From contig DAXETV010000046.1 in NCBI GenBank assembly GCA_051155775.1, positions 12,750-76,749 of the forward strand: DNA of 64,000 nucleotides. Reading direction: 5' to 3'. This DNA is from Cyclobacteriaceae bacterium. Lineage in GTDB: Bacteria; Bacteroidota; Bacteroidia; Cytophagales; Cyclobacteriaceae. Of the stretch, positions 1 through 9,121 are shown in pieces. How positions within the stretch are numbered: the stretch's first letter is position 1; each line of letters opens with the position of its first letter. A program made the translations under genes and the position numbers. The notes under the pieces are model-generated. The model saw only the letters and a program-made list of their open reading frames with translations. It was not told the origin of the DNA and did no database searches.

Positions 1-1043
1 AAATAAAAGCCTTGGACAGGATGGATAAGGTGGATGATATAGTGCAGGAAAATGCCAGGGTAAATTTCAAATTCACTTTCTCCCAACAATCAGGAAGACA
101 TATATTTCAGGCATCCAAAGTATCAAAAGCATATCCTTCCTTGAAAATTTTAGAAAATACCAACATCAATATTGAAAGGGGCGACAAAATTGCGCTTGTT
201 GGTGCAAATGGTAAAGGTAAGTCTACCATACTTAGGATAATCTATGGGTCAGAACCTCACGATGGGGAGGTGAGAAATGGTTACAACGTCATCACATCAT
301 TTTATGCCCAGCACCAGTTAGAGGCTTTAAACCTGGATCATGAAATAATTGAAGAGCTCAAAATTGAAGGAACCAACAAAACAGAAAAGGAGCTAAGGTC
401 TGTGCTGGGGTGTTTTTTATTTACTGACGAGGATGTTTTCAAAAAAATCAAAGTGCTTTCGGGTGGAGAAAAATCCAGAGTGGCACTATCTAAAACATTG
501 ATTTCCGAGGCCAACTTCCTGTTGCTTGATGAGCCCACCAACCATCTTGATATCCAGTCTGCTAACATATTAATTCAGGCACTGCAGCAGTACAAGGGAT
601 CCTTTGTGGTCGTATCTCACGACCGGTATTTCATCTCACAAATCGCTAATAAAATCTGGTGGATAGAGGACAATGAACTGAAAGAATACCCCGGCACTTT
701 TGATGAATACCAATGGTGGCTATCAAAACAGCAACCAACCAATACTCAGAAAGCAGTTCAGTCTAAGGAGAAAGAGAAGCCTCCAAAACATAAACCTAAT
801 AAAGAGGCAGATAAAATACTGAAGTCCCTTCAGAAAGAGATTGAGCAATTAGAATCTGATATTATAGCGCTTGAAAGTGAAAAAGATACGATTGAGCAGG
901 ATTTATCCAATCCTGATACCTTTAATAATATTGAAAAATCAAATGAACTGCAGGAAAAGTATGCCAGCATACAAAATAAACTGAAGAAACTGAATCAGCA
1001 GTGGGAGGAAAAGGGTTTGAAGTTTGAGGATCTAAAAGATTGA
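1..1043 (+). CDS. ABC-F family ATPase, C-terminal cassette only (5' partial, continues left of window)
   Basis: Reading frame is open from nt 3 to the window edge. Walker A GANGKGKS, signature LSGGEKSR, Walker B LLLDEPTNHLD, then a Lys/Glu-rich coiled-coil tail typical of ABC-F proteins. Confidence 0.85.
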   Translation, partial: IKALDRMDKVDDIVQENARVNFKFTFSQQSGRHIFQASKVSKAYPSLKILENTNINIERGDKIALVGANGKGKSTILRIIYGSEPHDGEVRNGYNVITSFYAQHQLEALNLDHEIIEELKIEGTNKTEKELRSVLGCFLFTDEDVFKKIKVLSGGEKSRVALSKTLISEANFLLLDEPTNHLDIQSANILIQALQQYKGSFVVVSHDRYFISQIANKIWWIEDNELKEYPGTFDEYQWWLSKQQPTNTQKAVQSKEKEKPPKHKPNKEADKILKSLQKEIEQLESDIIALESEKDTIEQDLSNPDTFNNIEKSNELQEKYASIQNKLKKLNQQWEEKGLKFEDLKD

Positions 1044-1055
1044 AAGCTAAAAATT

Positions 1056-1835
1056 ATGTACTATTTAAAAACTATATCATTCCTGTTGGTTTATGGGATT
1101 GCAGGAGTTTCTATCAATAAAAACATTGATTCTGAGCAGAAGTCAAACTATTTAGAAGCATCCCGGGAGTTATTAAGAACCATCAAAGATGGAAGGGATT
1201 ATAACCAGCCACTCGAGGAAATTAAAAATTTAGATTTTTCTAAATTAAAAAAAGATCTGAAAGATGATGACTATAAAAAAGCCTTTTGGATCAATATTTA
1301 CAATGCTTACATACAAATCCTGTTAAACAAACAACCTGAATTGTATGAGGATAAGGATAGCTTTTTTAAAGATGAGCTGGTTACTATTGGAAATAAACAG
1401 CTAAGCTTCGATGATATAGAGCATGGAATAATCAGAGGTTCTCAATTTAAATATGGCCTGGGCTATATTCCCAATATTTTCGCCGGTTCATTTGAGAAGG
1501 CACACAGATTGTCAACCATTGATCCAAGGATACATTTTGGCCTGAACTGTGGCGCAAAGAGTTGCCCTCCGGTATTCATTTACAGTGGGCAACATTTTGA
1601 TGATGAGATAGATAAGATCGCTACAAAATACCTTAGTTCCGTTTCCAAGTATGATGAAGAAAGTGATGTTTTAACCACCACCCCGCTAATACAATGGTTT
1701 AGGGGGGACTTTGGATCAAAAAAAGATTTGCTAAATATGTTCTATAAATATGAAGTCATCCCGGAAGGTGCCAATCCTTCCATAAAATATGCAGATTACG
1801 ATTGGTCAATTGATTTGAATAATTTTGTCATTTAG
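1056..1835 (+). CDS. DUF547 domain protein
   Basis: FWINIYNAY and GLNCGAKSCPP motifs are characteristic of DUF547. N-terminal hydrophobic signal. Confidence 0.7.
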   Translation: MYYLKTISFLLVYGIAGVSINKNIDSEQKSNYLEASRELLRTIKDGRDYNQPLEEIKNLDFSKLKKDLKDDDYKKAFWINIYNAYIQILLNKQPELYEDKDSFFKDELVTIGNKQLSFDDIEHGIIRGSQFKYGLGYIPNIFAGSFEKAHRLSTIDPRIHFGLNCGAKSCPPVFIYSGQHFDDEIDKIATKYLSSVSKYDEESDVLTTTPLIQWFRGDFGSKKDLLNMFYKYEVIPEGANPSIKYADYDWSIDLNNFVI

Positions 1836-1854
1836 ACTAAAAAAATTGGTTGCT

Positions 1855-2481
1855 ATGAATCAAAATAAAATCTATTTCATCCTTATCACTTTGTTGATCA
1901 TATCATGCTCAACCACCGAAGAAAATACAACAGATGATGTTAATCAGTATGAGGATTTGCCGAAAGGTGTCATTGTGGAAAGCTATGATGATGGAAGTGG
2001 AATTGAGCACGCATATATCCCAAATAATGAAAGAATTGTTCTTGAAGGTGAGCTCAAAGACGGTAAGCGACATGGCACATGGACCAACTACTACGCAAAT
2101 GGAATCGTGAGGGATATTACTACTTATCAAAATGGTCTAAAAGAAGGCATCGCAATTACCATTGATGCCAGAGGCGACCTGACCTCCAAAGCATACTACC
2201 ACCAGGGTAAACTAGAAGGTGAGTTCCTGAATTATGATGGAAGGAGGATCACAGAAAAGCGGTTCTATAAAAATGACCTTTTGGAAGGTACCCTAACCAA
2301 ATATTATCGAAATGGGAAAGTAATGGAAGAAAGCCCTTACAAAAACGGGGTTAGGCATGGCCTGTCAAAATGGTATGATCAGCAAGGCAACTTAACCATC
2401 CAGTATGAATATGATAATGGTGAATTGGTTTCAGAAGAAAACCTGGCGAGTGAGGAAGGACCGGCAACGCAGGAAAAGTAG
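1855..2481 (+). CDS. MORN-variant repeat (YwqK-like) lipoprotein
   Basis: Lipoprotein-like signal (FILITLLIISCS), then repeated Y-x-NG...Y-x-xG-x-xxG units. The in-frame ATG at 1855 is preferred over the longest-ORF start at 1825, which overlaps the previous gene. Confidence 0.65.
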   Translation: MNQNKIYFILITLLIISCSTTEENTTDDVNQYEDLPKGVIVESYDDGSGIEHAYIPNNERIVLEGELKDGKRHGTWTNYYANGIVRDITTYQNGLKEGIAITIDARGDLTSKAYYHQGKLEGEFLNYDGRRITEKRFYKNDLLEGTLTKYYRNGKVMEESPYKNGVRHGLSKWYDQQGNLTIQYEYDNGELVSEENLASEEGPATQEK

Positions 2482-2559
2482 TTTTAACTAGGTCTTTCAA
2501 CTAAAAAAAAATCAGTCTTCCGGGTAAGATAAAACCCTGATTATTTAATAATAACTAAG

Positions 2560-2700
2560 AACCACACTTTCCTATGCTACATCCCACCCTCAAAGGCCAC
2601 CCGCCGGCCAAGCCTGCCACCCTGCAATCCCAATCCGGTCTTGGCCCGGCTCCCGGGGCCAGAGATACATACCATCATCCTGATCCATTCATAGTACCGA
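2560..2700. other. GC-rich structured intergenic island, candidate ncRNA of unknown class
   Basis: About 57 of 80 nt are G/C over 2581-2660 by hand count, inside a 400-nt AT-rich gap between convergent genes. Strong hairpin TGGCCCGG/CCGGGGCCA at 2642-2661. The only ORF here translates to low-complexity Pro/Gly/Ala. Confidence 0.25.
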
Positions 2701-2882
2701 ATAAACCATACAGCGAGCTTCTTATTTCTAATTTACCTGCACTTTCTGCAGATCGGATGAATCCAAAATCCTTTGAATCTTAGTATACAAATATTGTGGT
2801 AAACGTTTTTTAATGCGAGCGCTGGACCTCGATCAGTGAATTTCTCTTTAAACAAGGTAAACTTTACTGAATAGTGTAACGA

Positions 2883-3242
2883 CTAGTCATTTGCCTTTCT
2901 AAGCGCTAATTTTAACTTCTTGGGCAATCCTGCTACCACTAATTCGAAACTGTGATTGATCCAGTGGCAGATTTTAGCATCTGGAATCGATCCATCCATG
3001 GTAATTGTGTTCCAGTGCTTTTTGCTCATATGATAACCCGGCGTTACACCTACCCATTCCTCCCTCAGCTTGGTAGCAATCTCAGGATCACATTTAAGAT
3101 TGATGCTGTCAAAGCTTTTGATATCGCAAAGCGCAAACATTTTTCCCATCACTTTGAAAACCAAAACATCAGGGCCGAAAGGAGTATCCTCAGACGTTCC
3201 GGGTTTAGAAAGACAATATTCCCTGAACGCTTCAATATTCAT
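2883..3242 (-). CDS. MmcQ/YjbR family DNA-binding protein
   Basis: 119 aa. N-terminal MNIEAFREYCLSKPG...TPFGPD...FKVMGKMFA pattern of the YjbR family. Confidence 0.7.
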   Translation of the reverse strand: MNIEAFREYCLSKPGTSEDTPFGPDVLVFKVMGKMFALCDIKSFDSINLKCDPEIATKLREEWVGVTPGYHMSKKHWNTITMDGSIPDAKICHWINHSFELVVAGLPKKLKLALRKAND

Positions 3243-3244
3243 GG

Positions 3245-3448
3245 CTACAAAGCACGAATAATAAATCTGCTAATCATCACCACTAATGCAATCAAAAACA
3301 TGATAATGGATATCTTGTTGATACCGTGCATGATCTTGATGTTAGTATTTGAAGGCCTGTTTGGATCTTTTTTTCTAAAATAGTAGCTGGCTACTTCTTT
3401 CAGGTCAAAATAATATCCCGCACCTTTTTTTTCTTTTTCTTCGCTCAT
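3245..3448 (-). CDS. small membrane protein (one C-terminal TM helix)
   Basis: 67 aa with a single hydrophobic helix ISIIMFLIALVVMISRFII. Lies 2 nt upstream of yjbR-like and 5 nt downstream of ispG, so it is packed in the operon. Confidence 0.45.
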   Translation of the reverse strand: MSEEKEKKGAGYYFDLKEVASYYFRKKDPNRPSNTNIKIMHGINKISIIMFLIALVVMISRFIIRAL

Positions 3449-3453
3449 ATTTT

Positions 3454-5451
3454 TTAGTTTAAGCTGGCAGATGGTTCTGTCCAGTTGCCATCTTCTTTTA
3501 TCAATTCAATTAATTCGTCCAGTGCTTTTTCAGAGGGGACGCCTCTTTTCATTACTTCTTTACCCTTATAAAGGGTTATCTTCCCCTTTCCTGAACCAAC
3601 ATACCCATAATCAGCATCAGCCATTTCCCCGGGCCCGTTAACAATACAACCCATAATGCCAATTTTGATTCCTTTTAGGTGATCTGTACGCTTTCTGATC
3701 ATAGCTGTCGTTTCCTGTAAATCAAACAGCGTTCGGCCACAAGAGGGACATGATATATATTCAGTTTTGGTTATTCTTGTTCTGGCAGCTTGCAAGATTC
3801 CAAAAGCAGTGGAATTATATTGTTTAAGCTGTCTTATCTGCACTTGTTGTTTATCATAGGTGTTTTTTTCAAAACCCATCATCACACCATCACCCATACC
3901 ATCTATTAATAATCCTCCCAGATCTGTTGAGGCGTAGATCATTAATGGATCTTCTTCCAGATAAGGATAGTCTCTTTTTATGATCACAGGCGTAGATAAA
4001 TTATTTTCTATTAACCAAAAGAAAAACCTTCTCAGGGCCGCCATTGCATGACTTTTGACTGTTTGAAGAACCAGAACTATATCATTTCTACTTTCTAAGA
4101 AGATTTTTAATGACTCCTCAGCGTCAATATCATTAACCTTTAGAAAATTAAGTTTGGAATGAAAATGTTTTACACTCTCTAATTCTTGTCTTTCGATAAG
4201 GGGATACTTGTTTGCCTGGTCATCTAATGTTTGCCAGATAGTGTAATCAAGCACTTCTTTTAATCCATTAGGCAACATGAAAGCAATCGGATTTTTTCCC
4301 GTGTAGATGTAATCACATCCAACGTCATTCATAGTCCATTTATCCAGCTCAGGAAGGTAAAAATGTCCAATAGATTTTAAGTCAGGTACTTCAACTTTTT
4401 TCACCCTGCTGAAGTCTGCCATTACCCTGGGGACATTGCTATCTCCGAAGTTGAGCACTTCCTGTGTTGCCCTTTTTTCATATTCAAATGGGTTGATGGG
4501 TGAGCTGTCAACAGGTTTAATAACTTCATGACCTGCTCTATGAATGTACCGGTCAACCATAATTTTTGCAACAGGGCCTTCAACTTCGGGCTCTTCCGTA
4601 AGAGAAACCCTCACCGTATCACCCAGTCCATCCTCTAATAATGTACCAATACCCACTGCGGATTTAATCCTTCCATCCTCAGCTTCACCAGCCTCCGTCA
4701 CCCCGAGATGAAGGGGATATGGTTGTAGTTTTTCAGACTCAAGCTTGTTAACCAACAATCTATAAGCCTGTACCATAACCTGTGGGTTACTTGCCTTCAT
4801 TGACACTACGATATCGTAGTATCCCAGATCTTCACATATACGAATAAATTCAAGCGCTGACTCGACCATCCCTAAAGGCGTATCTCCATACCGGCTCATA
4901 ATCCGGTCGGATAAAGAGCCATGATTGGTTCCAATGCGCATCGCGGTACCGTATTCTTTGCAGATTTTTACTAATGGTGTGAATCGCTTCCTTATCCTCT
5001 CCAATTCAGCAAAGTAGCTCTCATCGGTATACTCGATTTCCTCAAATTTCTTTTTATCGGCATAGTTACCAGGATTTACCCTTACTTTTTCAACTAACCG
5101 CGCAGCTATCTCAGCGGCATTGGGCGTAAAATGTATATCTGCGACCAGGGGTGTTTGGTAACCGTTTTTTCTAAGCTCATCCTTGATGTTTTTAAGGTTT
5201 TCAGCTTCTTTCACACTTGGTGCTGTTATCCTCACATATTCACAACCAGACTCTATCATTCTGATTGACTGCTTCACCGAGCCAAGGGTATCCATGGTGT
5301 CTACGGTTGTCATGGACTGTACCCGGATTGGATTATTACCACCGAGCGGTACACCACCGATATTTACAACCCGCGTTTTTCGTCTCGAGTAGGAAGTTAA
5401 ACTGTTACAATATTTTATTTTGTTAATAAGGTCTATATCTGCTATGCTCAT
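3454..5451 (-). CDS. ispG: 4-hydroxy-3-methylbut-2-enyl diphosphate synthase, long (insert-domain) form
   Basis: N-terminal TIM-barrel part (VQSMT, RITAP), C-terminal 4Fe-4S part with CPSCGRT and GCIVNGPGE. A large internal insertion gives 665 aa. Confidence 0.9.
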   Translation of the reverse strand: MSIADIDLINKIKYCNSLTSYSRRKTRVVNIGGVPLGGNNPIRVQSMTTVDTMDTLGSVKQSIRMIESGCEYVRITAPSVKEAENLKNIKDELRKNGYQTPLVADIHFTPNAAEIAARLVEKVRVNPGNYADKKKFEEIEYTDESYFAELERIRKRFTPLVKICKEYGTAMRIGTNHGSLSDRIMSRYGDTPLGMVESALEFIRICEDLGYYDIVVSMKASNPQVMVQAYRLLVNKLESEKLQPYPLHLGVTEAGEAEDGRIKSAVGIGTLLEDGLGDTVRVSLTEEPEVEGPVAKIMVDRYIHRAGHEVIKPVDSSPINPFEYEKRATQEVLNFGDSNVPRVMADFSRVKKVEVPDLKSIGHFYLPELDKWTMNDVGCDYIYTGKNPIAFMLPNGLKEVLDYTIWQTLDDQANKYPLIERQELESVKHFHSKLNFLKVNDIDAEESLKIFLESRNDIVLVLQTVKSHAMAALRRFFFWLIENNLSTPVIIKRDYPYLEEDPLMIYASTDLGGLLIDGMGDGVMMGFEKNTYDKQQVQIRQLKQYNSTAFGILQAARTRITKTEYISCPSCGRTLFDLQETTAMIRKRTDHLKGIKIGIMGCIVNGPGEMADADYGYVGSGKGKITLYKGKEVMKRGVPSEKALDELIELIKEDGNWTEPSASLN

Positions 5452-5513
5452 AATATATTAGGCTTACAAACACAAATTTAACCGATAAAGCTTTAGAATG
5501 GTTGCCATATATT

Positions 5514-6218
5514 TCACAAATCTCCTAATTGAGGCCTCAGTATAATATCCTCAACCACTGTAGATTTGGAAAGGTGATAGGTTGAATAAACAATCTCAGC
5601 AACATCTTCCGCTTTCATGAATCTTTCCCTGGGTATATCAACACCTTCCCAGCTGCTGGTAAAGGTAGCACCAGGCATAACCGCCGTTACTTTAATATTT
5701 TTATCCTTAAGTTCTTCCCTAAGGTTTTGCGATAAGCCGTACATCGCAAATTTTGATATGCTGTAAGACCCACCATTAGGATATCCTTTAAGGCTTGCTA
5801 CTGAGGCAATATTGAATATATGTCCACCTTGGTTTTGAATCATATTTTTAATTAATCCTCTCGTGAGGTAATATGCACTGTATAGGTTTGTTTCTATCAT
5901 TTTTTCCATATTTCCTTCTTCCTCCGAGTGAATTTCACCGGGGATAAAAATCCCTGAGTTATTAATAAGCATTTCTATCGGTTGATTGAAAGATAAAACG
6001 TAATCAGCAAAGGCTTTCACCTCTTTTTTTTCAGAAAGGTCTGCCTGGAAAGTTTCAATTTTATTTTGGCCGTTTACAGCCTTCTTTAGTGCTTCCAGGT
6101 CAGAAGCACTTCTGCTGCAGGTAATGATCTTTAATTTATCCTTAGAAAATTTTTCAATGATGGCGCGTCCTATACCTTTCGTGCCTCCAGAAATTACAAG
6201 TAACTTTGATTCAGACAT
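5514..6218 (-). CDS. SDR family oxidoreductase
   Basis: Rossmann motif SGGTKGIGRAI and catalytic YSISK (YxxxK). Confidence 0.85.
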   Translation of the reverse strand: MSESKLLVISGGTKGIGRAIIEKFSKDKLKIITCSRSASDLEALKKAVNGQNKIETFQADLSEKKEVKAFADYVLSFNQPIEMLINNSGIFIPGEIHSEEEGNMEKMIETNLYSAYYLTRGLIKNMIQNQGGHIFNIASVASLKGYPNGGSYSISKFAMYGLSQNLREELKDKNIKVTAVMPGATFTSSWEGVDIPRERFMKAEDVAEIVYSTYHLSKSTVVEDIILRPQLGDL

Positions 6219-6264
6219 TTTTTGTATTTATTTCGTTTTCACTTAAACAAGTTGCAATTCGATT

Positions 6265-7014
6265 GTGACCAAAAAACTCTTTATGAAGAGCATTGGCAAA
6301 TATTTAATATTTCTTGGGGAATTATTCGTTAGAAGGGAAAGTTTTAAGGTTTATGTGGAGTTAATCCTGGATGAATGTATAAAAGTTGGCTATAATTCAG
6401 TTTTTATAGTTGCCATAGTATCCACTTTTATGGGTGCAGTTACCACCATTCAAACAGCATACAATTTAATTGCGCCTTATATTCCGGATTATGTTATTTC
6501 GCTGGTAGTCAGGGATATGACTGTACTTGAATTGGCACCTACTGTTATTGCTATTGTCTATGCAGGTAAGGTAGGGTCTAATATTGCCAGTGAACTTGGC
6601 ACGATGAGAATATCAGAGCAGATTGATGCTTTAGAGGTGATGGGAATTAATGCAACCTCCTATCTGGTTTTGCCCAAAATAATTGCATCGGTTCTTATGT
6701 ACCCCATACTTGTGATTATTGCGGGATTTTTATCAATCTATGGGGGCTATCTTACAGGGATTTTAACAGGGGTAATCACAGGAACGGACTACATCTATGG
6801 AATCAGGGCGGAGTATAATGAATTCAATATTTTCTTCGCATTGATAAAAGCAGTGGTTTTTGGTTTTTTGGTGGCATCCATTGCGTCATTTAAAGGTTTT
6901 TTCACCAGTGGCGGTTCGCTGGAAGTAGGCAAGTCAAGCACATCGGCTGTTACCAATAGTTGCATTGCCGTCCTGGTAGCGGATTATATCCTGGCCCAAA
7001 TATTTTTAGGATGA
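6265..7014 (+). CDS. mlaE: MlaE-family ABC transporter permease
   Basis: Polytopic membrane protein with the conserved ELGTMRISEQIDALEVMGIN segment. Non-ATG start at 6265; the ATG at 6283 is an alternative. Confidence 0.8.
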   Translation: MTKKLFMKSIGKYLIFLGELFVRRESFKVYVELILDECIKVGYNSVFIVAIVSTFMGAVTTIQTAYNLIAPYIPDYVISLVVRDMTVLELAPTVIAIVYAGKVGSNIASELGTMRISEQIDALEVMGINATSYLVLPKIIASVLMYPILVIIAGFLSIYGGYLTGILTGVITGTDYIYGIRAEYNEFNIFFALIKAVVFGFLVASIASFKGFFTSGGSLEVGKSSTSAVTNSCIAVLVADYILAQIFLG

Positions 7015-7754
7015 TAGAAGTCAATAACATTAACAAGTCATTTAATGGTAAAGAAGTCCTGTATGATATCAATTGCAGGTTAGAAAAAGGACAGACAAAC
7101 CTCATTATAGGAGCCAGTGGTACAGGAAAGAGCGTGCTTCTTAAATGTATTGTAGGGTTAATGCAACCCGATACGGGTCATGTACTTTATGATGGCCGTG
7201 ACTTTACTTCCCAGGATAATGAGGTAAAAACGGAAATAAGAAGGGAAATTGGTATGCTGTTTCAGGGCGGTGCATTGTTTGATTCTAAGACTGTGGAGCA
7301 AAACGTTATGTTTCCTTTGGATATCCTCACGAAGATGCCATTAGAGGAGAAGCTGGAGCGCGTTAATTTTTGCCTGGATCGCGTAAATTTACAAAATGTA
7401 AACAACAGGATGCCATCGGAAATTAGTGGTGGAATGAAAAAAAGGGTTGGGATAGCCAGGGCTATTGTAAACAAACCGAATTATTTATTCTGTGATGAGC
7501 CAAACTCTGGGTTGGACCCCCAAACGTCTATTAGAATTGATAATTTGATTAAAGACATTACCGACGAACTTGACATAACGACAGTGGTGGTTACACACGA
7601 TATGAATTCAGTAATAGGTATCGGGGACTGGGTGATGTTTATTTATAACGGAAAAAAACTTTGGGAAGGAAACAGTAAGGACATTACAGACTCGAAGGTG
7701 AATGAATTAAATGATTTCGTTTTTGCAAATAAATTAATGAAGCAATGGAAATAA
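7011..7754 (+). CDS. mlaF: MlaF-like ABC transporter ATP-binding protein
   Basis: GASGTGKS, ISGGMKKRVGIARA, LFCDEPNSGLDP. ATG at 7011 forms an ATGA overlap with the mlaE stop, so the 6960 start of the longest ORF is rejected. Confidence 0.85.
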   Translation: MIEVNNINKSFNGKEVLYDINCRLEKGQTNLIIGASGTGKSVLLKCIVGLMQPDTGHVLYDGRDFTSQDNEVKTEIRREIGMLFQGGALFDSKTVEQNVMFPLDILTKMPLEEKLERVNFCLDRVNLQNVNNRMPSEISGGMKKRVGIARAIVNKPNYLFCDEPNSGLDPQTSIRIDNLIKDITDELDITTVVVTHDMNSVIGIGDWVMFIYNGKKLWEGNSKDITDSKVNELNDFVFANKLMKQWK

Positions 7755-7836
7755 GTTCCTCAATTAATTTACCCTGGTAGATAACATTTATCGCTCCATT
7801 TGCTTAAGTTATTGATGGTTTTTTAACAAATGTATT

Positions 7837-8466
7837 ATGTTGTTGGATGTACATCTAAATCTATTTGAATCCAGGTTTGAACCTCAGCTTAGAAAGGAAG
7901 TATTGCTAAACGGTCGGTTAAAAAAAGTAAATGCCGGTGATGTTCTGATTTCTACTAATGCCACGGTTAAAGAAGTTCCCATACTTATTTCAGGTGTCCT
8001 AAAGGTGCTCAGGCAGGATGACAAAGGCCATGAGGTGTTATTATACTATCTGGAGTCCGGGGATGCATGTGCTATGTCAATGAATTGCTGCATTAGTGGT
8101 CAGGAGAGTGGCTTTAAAGTATTGGCCGAGGAGGATTCGGAAATGATCATGATTCCATTATTAATCATGGATGACTGGTTAAAAAAATTCTCATCCTGGC
8201 GAAAATTTGTATTCCAATCCTACAATGATCGCTTTCTGGAATTGATGCACTCCATTGATAGCATGGCCTTCATGAAAATGGATGAACGTTTACTTAATTA
8301 TCTATTGGATAAGAAACAATCTTCAGGATCTTACATTATCACCAAAACCCACCAGGAGATAGCCGAAGAGTTAAACACCAGCAGGGTTGTCGTATCTAGA
8401 TTACTAAAACAACTTGAGCAAAAAGGTCTTGTCGAATTGTATAGACAGCGAATAGAGGTCTTATAA
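7837..8466 (+). CDS. Crp/Fnr family transcriptional regulator
   Basis: N-terminal cNMP-binding-like beta-barrel and C-terminal HTH THQEIAEELNTSRVVVSRLLKQLEQKGLV. Confidence 0.8.
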   Translation: MLLDVHLNLFESRFEPQLRKEVLLNGRLKKVNAGDVLISTNATVKEVPILISGVLKVLRQDDKGHEVLLYYLESGDACAMSMNCCISGQESGFKVLAEEDSEMIMIPLLIMDDWLKKFSSWRKFVFQSYNDRFLELMHSIDSMAFMKMDERLLNYLLDKKQSSGSYIITKTHQEIAEELNTSRVVVSRLLKQLEQKGLVELYRQRIEVL

Positions 8467-8470
8467 GCTA

Positions 8471-9121
8471 ATGATCAACAAGGTATCCTATTCCCACCAG
8501 GCCAGTTATTCAACCTTGAATAATATTTCATCCAAAACGAAGTATATATGGTTTGTCTGTCACGGGTATGGACAGCTATCCAGGTATTTCATTAAAAAAT
8601 TTGAGGGGTTAAATCCTGACGAAAATTACGTTATTGCTCCACAGGGATTATCAAAATTTTACCTGGATGGGAACTATGGACGGGTAGGTGCTTCCTGGCT
8701 CACAAAAGAGGAACGCACCCTGGATCTTGAAAATCAGATGAAGTATCTGAAAGCGGTATATGATCAGGGCTTAAAGAAACTAGATATGAGTAAGTTTCAA
8801 CTAATATTATTGGGCTTCTCGCAAGGTGCAGCAACTATTTCAAGATTTACTGCACGTTATAAAGTATTATTTAAAAAGTTAGTCCTTATTGCCGGCGGCT
8901 TCCCTCATGAGTTGACGGATGAGGATTTTGAATATTTAGGTAACTCAGGAGAGGTATTGACACTTGTTGGTGATCAGGACCAGTATTACAACCAGGCAGT
9001 TTACCAGCAGGAAATATCCAGTATGAAAAGTGTTTTCCACGGGAAATTAATCCATCATGTTTTTGGCGGTAAGCATGAATTAACAGCAGAAATAATTAAA
9101 GGCGTTCTTCAGAACGATTGA
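8471..9121 (+). CDS. alpha/beta hydrolase (phospholipase/carboxylesterase-type esterase)
   Basis: Nucleophile elbow GFSQGA. Size and layout match small serine esterases. Confidence 0.65.
   Translation: MINKVSYSHQASYSTLNNISSKTKYIWFVCHGYGQLSRYFIKKFEGLNPDENYVIAPQGLSKFYLDGNYGRVGASWLTKEERTLDLENQMKYLKAVYDQGLKKLDMSKFQLILLGFSQGAATISRFTARYKVLFKKLVLIAGGFPHELTDEDFEYLGNSGEVLTLVGDQDQYYNQAVYQQEISSMKSVFHGKLIHHVFGGKHELTAEIIKGVLQND

Noticed and set aside
338-568. Short antisense or out-of-frame ORFs nested in well-supported genes (this one, plus e.g. 1909-2130, 2952-3383, 5183-5392, 7262-7474, 19182-19523, 22027-22326, 38084-38505, 39063-39470, 45808-46153, 50992-52990, 54893-55190, 60671-60949, 61111-61383)
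   Set aside because: Each lies wholly within a longer ORF that has clear family motifs on the other strand or frame. The translations are low-complexity or Leu/Ser/Ile-rich shadow products.
2574-2783. 69-aa ORF (MLHPTLKGHPPAKPATLQSQSGLGPAPGARD...) in the GC-rich island
   Set aside because: The low-complexity Pro/Gly/Ala composition is simply what GC-rich DNA translates to. There is no family resemblance, and the composition is atypical for this genome. It is treated as non-coding, possibly an ncRNA.
2482-2882. Tried to identify the GC-rich gap as RNase P RNA, tmRNA or SRP (4.5S) RNA
   Set aside because: The universally conserved cores are absent on both strands: GAGGAAAGUCCGGGC / ACAGAACCCGGCUUA for RNase P, a tRNA-like acceptor with T-arm and tag ORF for tmRNA, and GGAAGCAGCC-type domain IV for SRP. 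Only short chance similarities exist (AGGAAAGTGTGG, GGGATGTAGC). The class is left open.
6960-7010. 5' extension of the MlaF-like ORF (MHCRPGSGLYPGPNIFR...)
   Set aside because: It lies entirely inside the mlaE coding region in another frame. The ATG at 7011 gives the canonical N-terminus (MIEVNNINKSF) and an ATGA stop/start overlap.
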